A stretch of 64,000 bases of DNA from Minisyncoccota bacterium (GCA_028714635.1 JAQTLZ010000001.1:79650-143649); one strand, 5' to 3'; positions 18,563 to 29,002 are shown, counted from the first letter of the stretch. A program made the numbers and translations. Notes: a model not told the origin generated them from the sequence alone.

Positions 18563-20638
18563 ATGCCTAAAGAAGAAGTCAAAACAAAAGGTTCATATAG
18601 CGCTCAAGACATCACTGTTCTTGAGGGTCTTGAACCTGTCCGAAAGCGTCCCGGAATGTATATTGGAACGACTGGACCGGACGGATTGCACCACCTCATC
18701 ACTGAAATTTTCGATAACTCCCGCGACGAGGCGATGGGTGGTTTTGCTAACGATATTGAAATCGTTTTGCTTCCCGGAAATAAAGTGAGAGTGACGGACA
18801 ACGGCCGAGGTATTCCAGTTGATGTTCATAAATCTACAAAAGTTTCCGCGCTTGAAACGATTATGACCACGCTTCATGCCGGAGGAAAATTCGGCGGGGA
18901 AGGGTACAAAGTCTCCGGTGGGTTGCACGGAGTGGGTGCGTCTGTGGTGAATGCACTTTCTATTTACACCCAAGTCGTTGTGCATCGAGATGGCGGAAAG
19001 TACATGCAGGAGTACAAGCAAGGAAAGAAAAAGGCGGCGGTCAAGAAAATTGGTTCATCGAAACTCCACGGAACGATTGTGACCTTCGAGCCAGACATCG
19101 AGATTTTTAAGGAGATAAAATTTGAATGGAACAAGATCGTTTCGCACATGCGCCAGCAGGCTTATTTGGTGAAGGGATTGAAAATTGCTGTCATTGATGC
19201 GCGAGAATCAAAAGATCTCGAGAAAGTGGATTTGACTGATGTCTTTTATTTCCGAGAGCTTGGACGAGACCTTCCTTCATTCACTTTCTATTTTGAAGGA
19301 GGACTCATGTCGCTCATTAAGTTCTATAACCAAACTCAAAAGCCGGTACATAAAAATATTTTCTATGTTGAGAAAGAGGTGGATAATGTGGCGGTAGAAG
19401 TCGCGCTTCAATACGTGGATGATATTAGTTCTCGCGTACTTGCTTTCGCAAACAACATTTACAACTCCGAAGGCGGTACGCATATCACAGGATTCAAAAC
19501 GTCTCTTACCCGAACGCTCAACAGTTATTCTAATAAAAATGGAGGGGGGAAAAGCGAAGATAATTTTACCGGAGATGATGTGCTGGAAGGACTGACTGCC
19601 GTTGTCTCTGTAAAGATCCGCGAAATCCAATTTGAAGGCCAGACGAAAGCTAAACTCGGAACCGTTGAAGCCCAGTCAGCAGTAAGCACTGTTTTCGGCG
19701 AGGCATTTAGCGCATTTCTGGAAGAGCATCCTGATGATGGCCGGGCTATCATAAGCAAGGCTGTGCTCGCTATGAAGGCTCGAAAAGCCGCTAAGGCTGC
19801 GAAAGACAGCGTGCTTCGAAAAGGTGCGCTCGAGGGTATGACGTTGCCGGGAAAGCTTGCAGACTGTCAGAGTAAAGACGCTTCTGAATCCGAAGTGTTC
19901 ATAGTAGAGGGAGATTCTGCAGGAGGTACCGCAAAGACTGGCCGTGATAGGCGAGTGCAGGCAGTGTTGCCTTTGCGAGGAAAAATCTTGAACATTGAAC
20001 GAGCTCGGCTTGATAAAATGCTTGCGTCAGAGCAGATCAAGAACTTGGTGGTTGCTGTCGGTACTGCTATCGGCGACACATTCGATATCAGTAAACTTCG
20101 CTATCACAAAATCATTATTGCGACCGATGCCGACGTTGACGGAGCACACATCCGTACTTTGCTCTTAACTTTGTTCTACCGGTATTTCCGTCCGCTCATT
20201 GATGGAGGATTTATTTATATTGCCCAGCCGCCGCTTTATAAAATAAAGAGAGGGAAAGAAATTCATTACGCCTATTCGGATGAGGATAAAGTAAAGATTG
20301 TCGGCAAAAACGCTTCAGCGGAAATAGTTGAAGAGAGTTCCGAATCTTTGCCGGAAGGTGAAGAAAGCGAAGAAGCAGAAGATACAAAAGCGGGCGCAGG
20401 CAAGGAATCAAAAAAAGTTGCTAAAATTGCAATCCAGCGTTACAAAGGTCTCGGAGAAATGAATGCGGAAGAACTTTGGGAGACGACGATGGACCCCGCA
20501 AGACGCATTTTGAAACAAGTAAAGATAGACGATGCACAAGAGGCTGACAAAGTATTCGATATCCTCATGGGGACAGATGTGCCGGCACGAAAATCTTTTA
20601 TACAGTCTAACGCAAAATTGGCAAACATAGATATCTAA
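18563..20638 (+). CDS. gyrB: DNA gyrase subunit B
   Basis: GLEPVRKRPGMYIG, HAGGKF, SGGLHGVG, VEGDSAGG, PLRGK, TDADVDG, QRYKGLGEM. Confidence 0.95.
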   Translation: MPKEEVKTKGSYSAQDITVLEGLEPVRKRPGMYIGTTGPDGLHHLITEIFDNSRDEAMGGFANDIEIVLLPGNKVRVTDNGRGIPVDVHKSTKVSALETIMTTLHAGGKFGGEGYKVSGGLHGVGASVVNALSIYTQVVVHRDGGKYMQEYKQGKKKAAVKKIGSSKLHGTIVTFEPDIEIFKEIKFEWNKIVSHMRQQAYLVKGLKIAVIDARESKDLEKVDLTDVFYFRELGRDLPSFTFYFEGGLMSLIKFYNQTQKPVHKNIFYVEKEVDNVAVEVALQYVDDISSRVLAFANNIYNSEGGTHITGFKTSLTRTLNSYSNKNGGGKSEDNFTGDDVLEGLTAVVSVKIREIQFEGQTKAKLGTVEAQSAVSTVFGEAFSAFLEEHPDDGRAIISKAVLAMKARKAAKAAKDSVLRKGALEGMTLPGKLADCQSKDASESEVFIVEGDSAGGTAKTGRDRRVQAVLPLRGKILNIERARLDKMLASEQIKNLVVAVGTAIGDTFDISKLRYHKIIIATDADVDGAHIRTLLLTLFYRYFRPLIDGGFIYIAQPPLYKIKRGKEIHYAYSDEDKVKIVGKNASAEIVEESSESLPEGEESEEAEDTKAGAGKESKKVAKIAIQRYKGLGEMNAEELWETTMDPARRILKQVKIDDAQEADKVFDILMGTDVPARKSFIQSNAKLANIDI

Positions 20639-20641
20639 AAC

Positions 20642-20677
20642 AAAAAAGCCCCGCGACCAAAATCGCGAGGCTTTTTT
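20642..20677. terminator. Bidirectional terminator gyrB/def
   Basis: AAAAAAGCCCCGCGA-CCAAAA-TCGCGAGGCTTTTTT. Confidence 0.85.
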
Positions 20678-21214
20678 CTATTTCTTCTTCATGAGAAGTT
20701 GATATTCCTTTTCGGTGAGGATATCTTTGCTCCTTGCCCGATCGAGAAATACAATTCCATTCAAATGGTCGAGCTCGTGTTGAAAAATTCTCGCGACAAA
20801 ATTATGCGAAAGTTTTTTCTTCTCTACTTTTCCTTTTCTATCTGTGTATTCGACTTCGACTGAAATCGAGCGGGGGACAAGAGCGCGGATTCCCGGCACA
20901 CTCAAGCATCCTTCCCAATCTTTCTTCATCTTGTGCGATTTCTTGAGGATTCGGGGATTGATCATCGCAATCGGCTTCATCTTTGGAGCTTTTGGATATC
21001 GAGAGTTTGGGTGCGACCAAATAATAAAAATTCGGAGCGGTTCATAAACTTGCGGTGCAGCAATACCAACTCCGTTCGAATCCTTACAGGTGGCGATCAT
21101 ATTTTCGATAAGTTCCTGAATTTCAGGATCGTGAACATTTTTGACAGCCTTAGCTTTTTGCCGGATTACCGCATTTCCAAGTTGAGCAACCTGGAGTATT
21201 TTGGATTTTCTCAT
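20678..21214 (-). CDS. def: Peptide deformylase
   Basis: GVGIAAPQV, EGCLS, QHELDHLNG motifs. Confidence 0.97.
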   Translation of the reverse strand: MRKSKILQVAQLGNAVIRQKAKAVKNVHDPEIQELIENMIATCKDSNGVGIAAPQVYEPLRIFIIWSHPNSRYPKAPKMKPIAMINPRILKKSHKMKKDWEGCLSVPGIRALVPRSISVEVEYTDRKGKVEKKKLSHNFVARIFQHELDHLNGIVFLDRARSKDILTEKEYQLLMKKK

Positions 21215-21232
21215 AAGCCAATTCTACTATGC

Positions 21233-22468
21233 TTAGTACACAATCGGAATCGAGATTCTCAAAGTATTGTTATTCTCACTCGATTCTCGAATGTCTCGGT
21301 CTGGATCGAGAGTGATTGTCACTGGAGCGGTGTAATTTCCTCGATAGTCATAACGATAATCGTCGTATCTGTAATCGTCTGAATAATTCGTATCTAGATT
21401 ATCAAATCCGATCGTAATGATGATTCTCTCCCCAGGTCGCAGCGACGGCTGAAGATCTGATTCGAACGAGCTGTCAGCATTGGTAGGCAAGTCCGCATTG
21501 AACGCCCATCTTCCTGTTGCAGTCCCGCCATCATTTCTTACTTCGAATTGCACTCCAACTCTCTGGTTTGAATAAAGCTGTCCTGTTGGTCGAAATGCTC
21601 CGGTGTATGGATCGACAGTACCGATGCCGATGACTCGGATAGCGAGATCGGGCAAACCATTTCCGTAATAATTATTTGCAGGAGGATAATAGACATCATT
21701 ATTTCCGTAGTAAGCGTCTCCAGTCACGCTGAAATAAACAGTGCCCGCGTTATTATCCTTTCGTGATTCAGAGACAAGACCGCCTTCATCTACGCTTATC
21801 GTTACGGGCTGTCGTCCAGAACGAATATTGTCAAAACCGACGGTAATCTGCATTTTCTCTCCGGGTGCGAGTGAGCGCTCTGTTGGTGAAGAATAAGTAT
21901 CTTTTCCAGCTACAACTGGCATAAGCATACTGAATGCCCATGCTCCGCTTGCTCGTCCGCCGGCATTTTGCACTTCAAATCTTACTGCTGCACGCTCACT
22001 CGCGTCTATCGAAGGGCGAGTGACGAATACGTTTGTGTTTCGATCGATAACTCCAGTCGCGAGAATATATAAAACCAAATCAGCCCGCGTGTTTTGATTG
22101 TAGGCAGCGACGGGTGTTGGAGTCGGCGTATAGTCGGTGGTTCCAGAATTATCCGGATAAGAAACAACAGGAGCGGGGGTTGGTGTTGGAGTGCTTACAA
22201 TAATGACGGGGGTTGGTGTTGGTGTAGAAACTGCGGGAATAGGAGTCGCTTTCGGTTTGAAAATTTTAGAGACAGACACAGAAATAGAAGCAAGGCCAGA
22301 GAAAATAGAAGGGGCTAATCTGATCACTGCCCAGCTACCTACGATGATAAGGATAATAATCAGCCCAATTACTAGGGCTTTTTTGACAAATTCTCCCGTC
22401 CCACTCTTTTTTGGGGGCTCTTCGTGGAAATTTACCTCTACATCCGGCTTATGTTCGTCGTCTTCCAT
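21233..22468 (-). CDS. Membrane-anchored protein with PT linker and two CARDB-like Ig domains
   Basis: One TM, TPTPTP linker, duplicated DL..VRFEV.N.GG..G.W.F...L.PGE...ES.E.NN domains. Confidence 0.8.
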   Translation of the reverse strand: MEDDEHKPDVEVNFHEEPPKKSGTGEFVKKALVIGLIIILIIVGSWAVIRLAPSIFSGLASISVSVSKIFKPKATPIPAVSTPTPTPVIIVSTPTPTPAPVVSYPDNSGTTDYTPTPTPVAAYNQNTRADLVLYILATGVIDRNTNVFVTRPSIDASERAAVRFEVQNAGGRASGAWAFSMLMPVVAGKDTYSSPTERSLAPGEKMQITVGFDNIRSGRQPVTISVDEGGLVSESRKDNNAGTVYFSVTGDAYYGNNDVYYPPANNYYGNGLPDLAIRVIGIGTVDPYTGAFRPTGQLYSNQRVGVQFEVRNDGGTATGRWAFNADLPTNADSSFESDLQPSLRPGERIIITIGFDNLDTNYSDDYRYDDYRYDYRGNYTAPVTITLDPDRDIRESSENNNTLRISIPIVY

Positions 22469-22559
22469 ATTTCACTATTATATGATAGTATCTATTCAAT
22501 GTCAACAGTCCGACAGCATGTTCTCGTTTTTGTGTCTGATTGTGTGCTATATTTAAAAA

Positions 22560-23225
22560 ATGTCATATCAAGAGAATAACATCGTCACAGGGAGTTCATT
22601 TAAGAACAAGCTTTTGTTTCTTGGAATATTTTTCGCTGTTTTTTTCGTATCGTTCGGCATTCTCTACGCCCTGGGGTTCATTCCTCTTGAGCTTGCACCG
22701 ACGAATGAAGAGCCGTCTCTGCCAAGCCCCACTGAAAGCGTTTCAGTTTCCGGGATGTCGCCAGCACCGACGGCCTCAATGGCTACGGGTGAAGAGCCGA
22801 TCCGCATTAAAATCCCAAATATTGGAGTTGATTCTCCAATACGAAATCCTTCGACTACCGATATTGACGCGCTCGATAACGAGCTTTTGAAAGGCGTTGT
22901 GCATTATCCAGGTTCGGGATATCTGGGGCAGGGGAATATGTTTCTCTTTGGCCATGGATCAAATCTTCCTGTTATCCATAATCAAGCCTTTAAAGTATTC
23001 ACCCAGATCAAGACTTTAAAACAAGGCGATGTAATTCATGTCCTCTCGCAGACCAAAGATTATTCGTACACTGTTTCTAAAGTAACTCTTGTGGATGCAA
23101 GCAAGGTGCTTGTGGAGTTTTCTACACAAAGAAAGATGCTTACGCTCTCGACTTGCGATACTTTTGGCACAAAACAACAGCGCTATGTCGTCGAAGCCGA
23201 TTTTTCTGGGAGCACTGATCTCTAA
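22560..23225 (+). CDS. Sortase (class D/E-like)
   Basis: N-terminal TM, IKIPNIGVD, LFGH, TLSTC, downstream Arg (QQRYVV). Confidence 0.9.
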   Translation: MSYQENNIVTGSSFKNKLLFLGIFFAVFFVSFGILYALGFIPLELAPTNEEPSLPSPTESVSVSGMSPAPTASMATGEEPIRIKIPNIGVDSPIRNPSTTDIDALDNELLKGVVHYPGSGYLGQGNMFLFGHGSNLPVIHNQAFKVFTQIKTLKQGDVIHVLSQTKDYSYTVSKVTLVDASKVLVEFSTQRKMLTLSTCDTFGTKQQRYVVEADFSGSTDL

Positions 23226-23346
23226 AGTTCTTTTCTCGCCACGGGAGGCCGTATTCGAGGAGAGAGCTAAATACTTGACAATAGTATCTATATACTATAT
23301 AATACAAGAGTAAGGTAATTAATTGAGCTTAAAAACGGCTTGAATT

Positions 23347-25053
23347 ATGGCTTTTTTAGGCAATTTAACATTCATGAAAAACATTTTTTCAGTAAAAGAT
23401 ACTATGTCGAAAATTTTCGCAACAGCACTTATTTTTGTTGTGGTTTTTTCCGTGTTCGCTCCTTTCGTTGCGAAAGCGGATGATTATTATGATGGAGATT
23501 GGGGAACCACCTATGATGCTGACTGGGGTACTACTTACGATGCTGATTGGGGCACAACCTATGACGCTGACTGGGGTACCACCTATGACGCGGATTGGGG
23601 CACAACCTATGATGGTGACTATGGCACTACTTACGATGCTGATTGGGGCACCTCATACGATAATAATAATTATGATTCTGGTTGTGATGATTGTAATAAC
23701 ACCTATTACGATAATAATTATGACAATGGATGTTCAGACTGTAATTCTGGCTATTATGATAATTACGATTACGGCTGTTCTTCTAACTGTTACAGTCACA
23801 ACACTGGTTGTTCATACAATTGTTATCCACCGCCACCTCCTCCACCACGTCCGACTCCGCATCCTACTCCGCATCCAACACCAACTCCTGTTCAGAATCT
23901 TTCCGTTTATTGTGTAGCGAGTGATACAAATATCCGTGTAGGAGATTCCGTAACATGGAGAGCGAATGTTTCTGGCGGTAATGGCAATTACTCATACACT
24001 TGGAGCGGAGACGCTTCCGGTTCAGGCTCTAATGTTTCGAGAACATACAATAGTTCTGGAACTAAGCGTGCAACTGTTGAAGTACGATCTGGAAATCAGG
24101 TAGAAACTGCTTCTTGTACAACTTTCGTACAGGAGGAACAAAATGACCTAGACGCATATTGTGAAGCAACTCCGAATAATGCTGACCGAAATGAAACGGT
24201 TACTTGGAGGGTATTTCCTTCTGGAGGATCAGGTTCTTACTCCTACGATTGGAGCGGAGCTGTCACAGGAGATGGAAGGACTGAACAAGAATCATATTCA
24301 AGTTCTGGTACGAAACGAGCTACGGTAGAAGTGCGATCTGGAAATCAGACGATCACCCGAAGCTGTACCACGACTATAGAAAGAAATAATAACCGTGATC
24401 TCAACTTTACTTGTGAAGCCGATAGAAATAGCGCGCGAGTAGGCGAGACTGTCCGATGGACGGCTGACGTCGAAGGGGGCGATGGAGACTATGATTATTC
24501 ATGGAGAACATCTGATAATGTCGGTAGTAAGGATAACGAAACACTTCGTACTCGATACGATTCGACAGGAACGAAAAGAGTTTCTTTGACTGTAAGATCT
24601 AATGGAGACAGCGAAACTGAAGATTGTGGATCGGTATTTATTACAGGCACACTTGGAACATCTGTAACGGTGACCAGTATACCTACTGCTCCGCTTTCAT
24701 CTGCAGTTTATCTCTCCCAGGTTCCTTACACCGGTCTTGAGCTTTCTTGGAAGCTTGTCGGATTCGTTGGAGCTCTTATTCTCTGGAGTGCATGGATCGC
24801 ATACTTCATCTTCCGAAAGAAAGTGCTTCGCGATATTGCTAAAAATAGCGCACTCGTAAGCTCTCTCGAAGAGGAAGCTCGAAAAGAGAATGTGGTTGTA
24901 TCTCAAGATGCGATCGCTTCCATTATGAAGAAAGCAAAAGCTGAAAAGGCGATTGCAAGCGAAGTTCTTAAGCGAGTTATTGCGAAAGCAAAAGCCGTTT
25001 CAGGAAACGATTCTTGGATTGCTCTCTCGAAAGAAAAACTTAATAATCTCTAA
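23347..25053 (+). CDS. Cell-surface protein with DADWGTTY repeats, PKD-like domains and VPYTG sorting signal
   Basis: Signal peptide, 7x 8-aa repeat, Cys/Tyr/Asn region, Pro linker, three VTW..SGG.G.Y.Y.W..Y.S.GTK domains, SQVPYTG + TM + RKK; exact start uncertain. Confidence 0.8.
   Translation: MAFLGNLTFMKNIFSVKDTMSKIFATALIFVVVFSVFAPFVAKADDYYDGDWGTTYDADWGTTYDADWGTTYDADWGTTYDADWGTTYDGDYGTTYDADWGTSYDNNNYDSGCDDCNNTYYDNNYDNGCSDCNSGYYDNYDYGCSSNCYSHNTGCSYNCYPPPPPPPRPTPHPTPHPTPTPVQNLSVYCVASDTNIRVGDSVTWRANVSGGNGNYSYTWSGDASGSGSNVSRTYNSSGTKRATVEVRSGNQVETASCTTFVQEEQNDLDAYCEATPNNADRNETVTWRVFPSGGSGSYSYDWSGAVTGDGRTEQESYSSSGTKRATVEVRSGNQTITRSCTTTIERNNNRDLNFTCEADRNSARVGETVRWTADVEGGDGDYDYSWRTSDNVGSKDNETLRTRYDSTGTKRVSLTVRSNGDSETEDCGSVFITGTLGTSVTVTSIPTAPLSSAVYLSQVPYTGLELSWKLVGFVGALILWSAWIAYFIFRKKVLRDIAKNSALVSSLEEEARKENVVVSQDAIASIMKKAKAEKAIASEVLKRVIAKAKAVSGNDSWIALSKEKLNNL
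23491..23658 (+). repeat. Coding tandem repeat, 7 x 24 nt
   Basis: Units encode D(A/G)D(W/Y)GT(T/S)Y with mostly third-position variation. Confidence 0.9.
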
Positions 25054-25055
25054 TT

Positions 25056-25094
25056 AAAAAAACCGCGCGACCCTTAAAGGTCGCGCGGTTTTTT
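25056..25094. terminator. Bidirectional terminator
   Basis: AAAAAACCGCGCGACC-CTTAAA-GGTCGCGCGGTTTTTT. Confidence 0.88.
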
Positions 25095-25101
25095 GCGTGT
25101 T

Positions 25102-26853
25102 TTATTTTTTGCTTTTTATTTCCTCTGTGAGTTTTGTAACAATCTCCTCCGTACTCATCTGCCCGAGATTTCCTTTTTCGCGATGTTCGAGTGTTGCTTT
25201 CTTCGCTTCAATATCTTTATCTCCGACAATTATAAAATAAGAAACTCGCTCTTCTTTCGCAGAACGGACCTTTTTGCCAAGCCCAACATCTTCGAGTGAG
25301 ATTTCCGCTCGGATACCAGCTTCACGCAATTTTTTGTAAATCTCTTTTGCGTATTCATTATGCGAAACTCTTACAGGAAGCACTCGCACCTGTACAGGGG
25401 AGAGCCAGAGAGGGAAATTGCCTCCGTAATGTTCAATAAGAAATCCGATAAAGCGTTCGTGAGTTCCAAGAGGCGCTCGGTGGATGCAAAGCGGTGTTTC
25501 CTCTTTTCCTTCTTTGTTTGTATACACTAGTCCAAATTTTTTGGGAACCGAGAAATCAACCTGATTTGTTGCCAAGGTAAATTCGCGTCCGATAGCGCTC
25601 CAAACTTCAACATCAATCTTTGGTCCGTAAAATGCGGCTTCGTTCGGTACTTCGACATACGGAATTTTTGATTCAATAAGAACATCACGCACCATCTTTT
25701 CGGTTTTTTTCCAAAGCTCTGGTTCATTCACGTATTTTTCTCCAAGTTTTGCTGGATCGTGAGTCGAGAAGCGCATAACATATTTATCAATGCCGAAGAT
25801 TTTGAAATATTTGAGATACATATCGTTCACTGCTCTGAATTCGTCGGCGAATTGCTCTTCCGTACAATAAATGTGCGCGTCGTTCATTGAAAGAGAGCGA
25901 ACACGCATAATGCCAAAGAGTTCTCCTGATTTTTCGTGGCGATAGACAGTGCCGTATTCTGCAAGACGAAGAGGAAGATCGCGATAACTTTTCGGTTCCG
26001 CGGCAAAGATCTTATGGTGATGGGGACAGTTCATTGCCTTCAGATAGTATTTTCCGCCTTCATATTCGAGCGGAGGGTACATACTTTCCTCATAGTAGGG
26101 GAGATGACCGCTTTTTAGATACATAGATTCTTTTGCGATATGAGGAGTTCTGACCCGTTCGTAACCGGCTTCAAACTCAGTTTCTTTCGCTAATTTTTCA
26201 ATTTCTTCTATCATTGCTCCTCCGTGTGGAAGCCATAGGGGCAATCCCGCGCCCACGTCTTCATCGAATGCAAAAATGCCAAGCTCTTTCCCGAGCTTTC
26301 GGTGGTCTCGTTTCTTTGCTTCCTCCTCTTGCTTTTCATACGCCTCGAGTTCTTCTTTTGTATCGAATGCTAGTCCATAAATACGGGTGAGCATTTTATT
26401 TTTCTCATCTCCTCGCCAGTATGCTCCCGCAACTCGCACGAGTGTGAATCCCAATGGGTCAATTTCTTTTGCAGGATTCTCAACATGTCCTCCTCGGCAG
26501 AGATCGGTGAATTCTCCCGCAGTGTAGAGGGTTATTTTCTCACCTTTACCAGCAATTTCTTCGATGAGTTCGAGTTTGTAGGGATTTCCTTTGAAATGTT
26601 TCTTTGCCTCTGCTTCCGTAACTTCTTTGTGGGTAAATTCTTTCCAACTTGGAAGCATTTTCTCCATTACCTTTTCGATTTTAGGAAGGTCGTTGTCGCT
26701 TATAGTCTCCGGCAATTCGATATCGTAATAAAAACCGTTTTCAATCGCAGGGCCGATCGCCAATTTTGCTTTCGGATACATTTCCAAAACAGTCGCGCCG
26801 AGAAGGTGAGAGAGTGAGTGTCGTTTATGTTCGAGTTTTTCTTCGGATTTCAT
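25102..26853 (-). CDS. thrS: Threonine--tRNA ligase (no TGS domain)
   Basis: RHSLSHLL, DLCRGGH, GAYWRGD, RDHRKLG, MNCPHH, FYGPKID, ERFIGFLIEHY. Confidence 0.97.
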   Translation of the reverse strand: MKSEEKLEHKRHSLSHLLGATVLEMYPKAKLAIGPAIENGFYYDIELPETISDNDLPKIEKVMEKMLPSWKEFTHKEVTEAEAKKHFKGNPYKLELIEEIAGKGEKITLYTAGEFTDLCRGGHVENPAKEIDPLGFTLVRVAGAYWRGDEKNKMLTRIYGLAFDTKEELEAYEKQEEEAKKRDHRKLGKELGIFAFDEDVGAGLPLWLPHGGAMIEEIEKLAKETEFEAGYERVRTPHIAKESMYLKSGHLPYYEESMYPPLEYEGGKYYLKAMNCPHHHKIFAAEPKSYRDLPLRLAEYGTVYRHEKSGELFGIMRVRSLSMNDAHIYCTEEQFADEFRAVNDMYLKYFKIFGIDKYVMRFSTHDPAKLGEKYVNEPELWKKTEKMVRDVLIESKIPYVEVPNEAAFYGPKIDVEVWSAIGREFTLATNQVDFSVPKKFGLVYTNKEGKEETPLCIHRAPLGTHERFIGFLIEHYGGNFPLWLSPVQVRVLPVRVSHNEYAKEIYKKLREAGIRAEISLEDVGLGKKVRSAKEERVSYFIIVGDKDIEAKKATLEHREKGNLGQMSTEEIVTKLTEEIKSKK

Positions 26854-26950
26854 GCCCGTAATCATAGCATTTCTGGTGTTTTTTCAAAATATTAAAAAAA
26901 TGGCGCGACGTGAATCGGCCACTTTCGAAAACTTGCACCCTTCGAAATCC

Positions 26951-27265
26951 TTAGGGCAATGAACTTATGGCGATGATATCGCAGTGGTCTTTGCGCGGAG
27001 TCGCTCGGATTCCAGTGTGCTGGCTAAGCACCACGTAAAGTCCTTCTTCTCCAAGTTCCACGCTTATTCCTCGCGGTCCGACGACTATGCAATGATGAGC
27101 AAGTTCCAGGAGCACCTGGTCTACAAAGGCCCTGCACATCGCCTGTACACTGGCATCGTTACTCGCGAACTCTTCGCATGTAAACAAGAGCGGCTTTTTG
27201 TTCTCCAACCTTCCGTAGATCGCTCGCGCTACGGCGTCGGGACGAGAAAGATTCTCTGAAGCCAT
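26951..27265 (-). CDS. Orphan protein
   Basis: 104-aa ORF with GGAGGA SD and an upstream TGCTAGTAT -10-like box. Confidence 0.55.
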   Translation of the reverse strand: MASENLSRPDAVARAIYGRLENKKPLLFTCEEFASNDASVQAMCRAFVDQVLLELAHHCIVVGPRGISVELGEEGLYVVLSQHTGIRATPRKDHCDIIAISSLP

Positions 27266-27358
27266 GATACGTTCCTCCGGTTTCTGGTTGAGTTTCGGTG
27301 ACTAATAAAATACTAGCATGTGGCTTTTTTGTTTTCTAGTCTGTGATAGAGTAGCAAT

Positions 27359-28117
27359 GTGAAAAAGAAAGATACATCATGGGGGAATGTTGCGGGATGG
27401 TATGACGAACTTCTCTCGAAGGATTCCGACAGCTACCAATCTAAGGTTATTCTGCCGAACCTCCTTCGGCTTATGGAGATCAAAAAGGGCGAGTGGATAT
27501 TTGATATTGCTTGCGGACAGGGATTTTTTTCGCGGGAATTTGTAAAAGCGGGAGCGAATGTTGTCGGTTCGGATATCGCTCCAGAGCTTATTGCAATCGC
27601 TAAAAAAGACGCGCCCAAAGAAGCCATTTTTCATGTTGCTCCTTCGGATGATATTTCGTTTGAAGAGAATGAATCTTTCGATAAGGTAGTCTGTATCCTG
27701 GCGCTTCAAAATATCGAGAAACTTTCCGAAACACTAGCAGAAGCATCTCGGATACTGCGTAAGACAGGGAAGCTCTATCTGGTTCTCAACCATCCAGCAT
27801 TTCGCATCCCGCAAAAATCCGGCTGGGAGTTCGACGAGAAAAAGAAGATACAATTTCGCCGAGTGGACGAATATCTTTCAGAATCCCGCACCGAAATCGA
27901 TATGCATCCGGGTCAAAAAGAAAGTGAGCACACGGTCTCATTCCACCGCTCGCTCCAAGTCTATTTCAAAATGTTTCGTAAAAATAATTTGGCCGTAACC
28001 CGTCTCGAAGAATGGATTTCCCACAAGGCGAGCCAAAAAGGCCCGCGAGCGGTAGCGGAAGACAAAGCCCGCAAAGAAATTCCATTGTTTCTTTTTCTTG
28101 AGATAGTTAAAATTTGA
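27359..28117 (+). CDS. Class I SAM-dependent methyltransferase
   Basis: FDIACGQG motif I, VGSDIA, FDKVVCILALQ, NHPAF. Confidence 0.9.
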   Translation: MKKKDTSWGNVAGWYDELLSKDSDSYQSKVILPNLLRLMEIKKGEWIFDIACGQGFFSREFVKAGANVVGSDIAPELIAIAKKDAPKEAIFHVAPSDDISFEENESFDKVVCILALQNIEKLSETLAEASRILRKTGKLYLVLNHPAFRIPQKSGWEFDEKKKIQFRRVDEYLSESRTEIDMHPGQKESEHTVSFHRSLQVYFKMFRKNNLAVTRLEEWISHKASQKGPRAVAEDKARKEIPLFLFLEIVKI

Positions 28118-28178
28118 CTATTTTCTCCCAAAAAGATATTTTGGCATAAGAGGTAACACTTGGATTGAGGAGGTGGCG

Positions 28179-28478
28179 ATGGAACTACAGATTGGTGAAT
28201 GCTACATTTGTCCTGGGTGCTCTCAACCTTGGCTGTGCACTTCGGTGAATGTAGAGAAATGCCGTCTTGCTGGTCTTGCCCCCTCTGAAACTCCTAGGGG
28301 ACAAAAACGTTGCACATGTCTTCTTTGTATTGAAAAAGCCAAGAAGAGCAGCTCAAAGCATTTGGCGAAAAATATAGAGAGACGTCTTCAACATTTAAAC
28401 GGCTCAGCTTATCCTCCTTCTTTTAGGAGCAAGGTATCTTTAGCCGATGTTGTTGTGAGACGCCTTAAAAAGGATTAA
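28179..28478 (+). CDS. Cys-rich orphan protein
   Basis: GAGGAGG SD; CYICPGC..C..C..CTCLLC. Confidence 0.55.
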   Translation: MELQIGECYICPGCSQPWLCTSVNVEKCRLAGLAPSETPRGQKRCTCLLCIEKAKKSSSKHLAKNIERRLQHLNGSAYPPSFRSKVSLADVVVRRLKKD

Positions 28479-28543
28479 CTACACTAAGAAAATTTGTGTA
28501 GTTTTTTATAATTTTTTTCATTGCTTCCGCGAGAAGAATTTTC

Positions 28544-29002
28544 CTAAAGAATAGCCTTCAATTCCTTCAGATCTTTTATTGTAAAAGTGGGAAGGCCGGT
28601 TTCTTCATTCGGCAATTCATTCTCGAATTTTCCTTTTTGGAGCCAGATCGTTGTTGCTCCGAATTTATTTCCCCATTGTATTCCTCGGAACATTCTGTCG
28701 TCGATAATCACTGTCTTTTCCGGCTTCATTTTGAATTGCTGTACCGTTTTTTCATATAAAGCATCTTTATTTTCGTCCGTAAAAGCAACATATTCAAAAT
28801 ATTTTTCCAAGTCCTTTTCTTTTACGATAGCTTTTCGTCTTTCGATATCTCCGTCTTTTTTAGCAAGAGAAACAATAGCCAGATGATATTTACTTTTCAA
28901 ATATTCAAGGATTTCAATAGCGTCGGGAAATAGATCAGCATTTTCTGCATCATAGAGAGTGCGTCCCCAGTCAAAAATAATCCATGATTTTTCTTCGGTC
29001 AT
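28544..29002 (-). CDS. HAD-superfamily hydrolase
   Basis: IIFDWGRT motif I, IIDDR motif IV; ATGA overlap with dnaE stop. Confidence 0.85.
   Translation of the reverse strand: MTEEKSWIIFDWGRTLYDAENADLFPDAIEILEYLKSKYHLAIVSLAKKDGDIERRKAIVKEKDLEKYFEYVAFTDENKDALYEKTVQQFKMKPEKTVIIDDRMFRGIQWGNKFGATTIWLQKGKFENELPNEETGLPTFTIKDLKELKAIL

Noticed and set aside
20300-20430. Acidic insert in GyrB (and the similar one in SMC) as further palindromic elements
   Set aside because: Low-complexity Glu-rich coding sequence with no inverted repeat or similarity to the dnaE element.
23491-23658. CRISPR-like or DGR-like repeat array
   Set aside because: Units are contiguous 24-mers without spacers, in frame, varying mainly at synonymous sites; no cas or reverse transcriptase gene is in the window.
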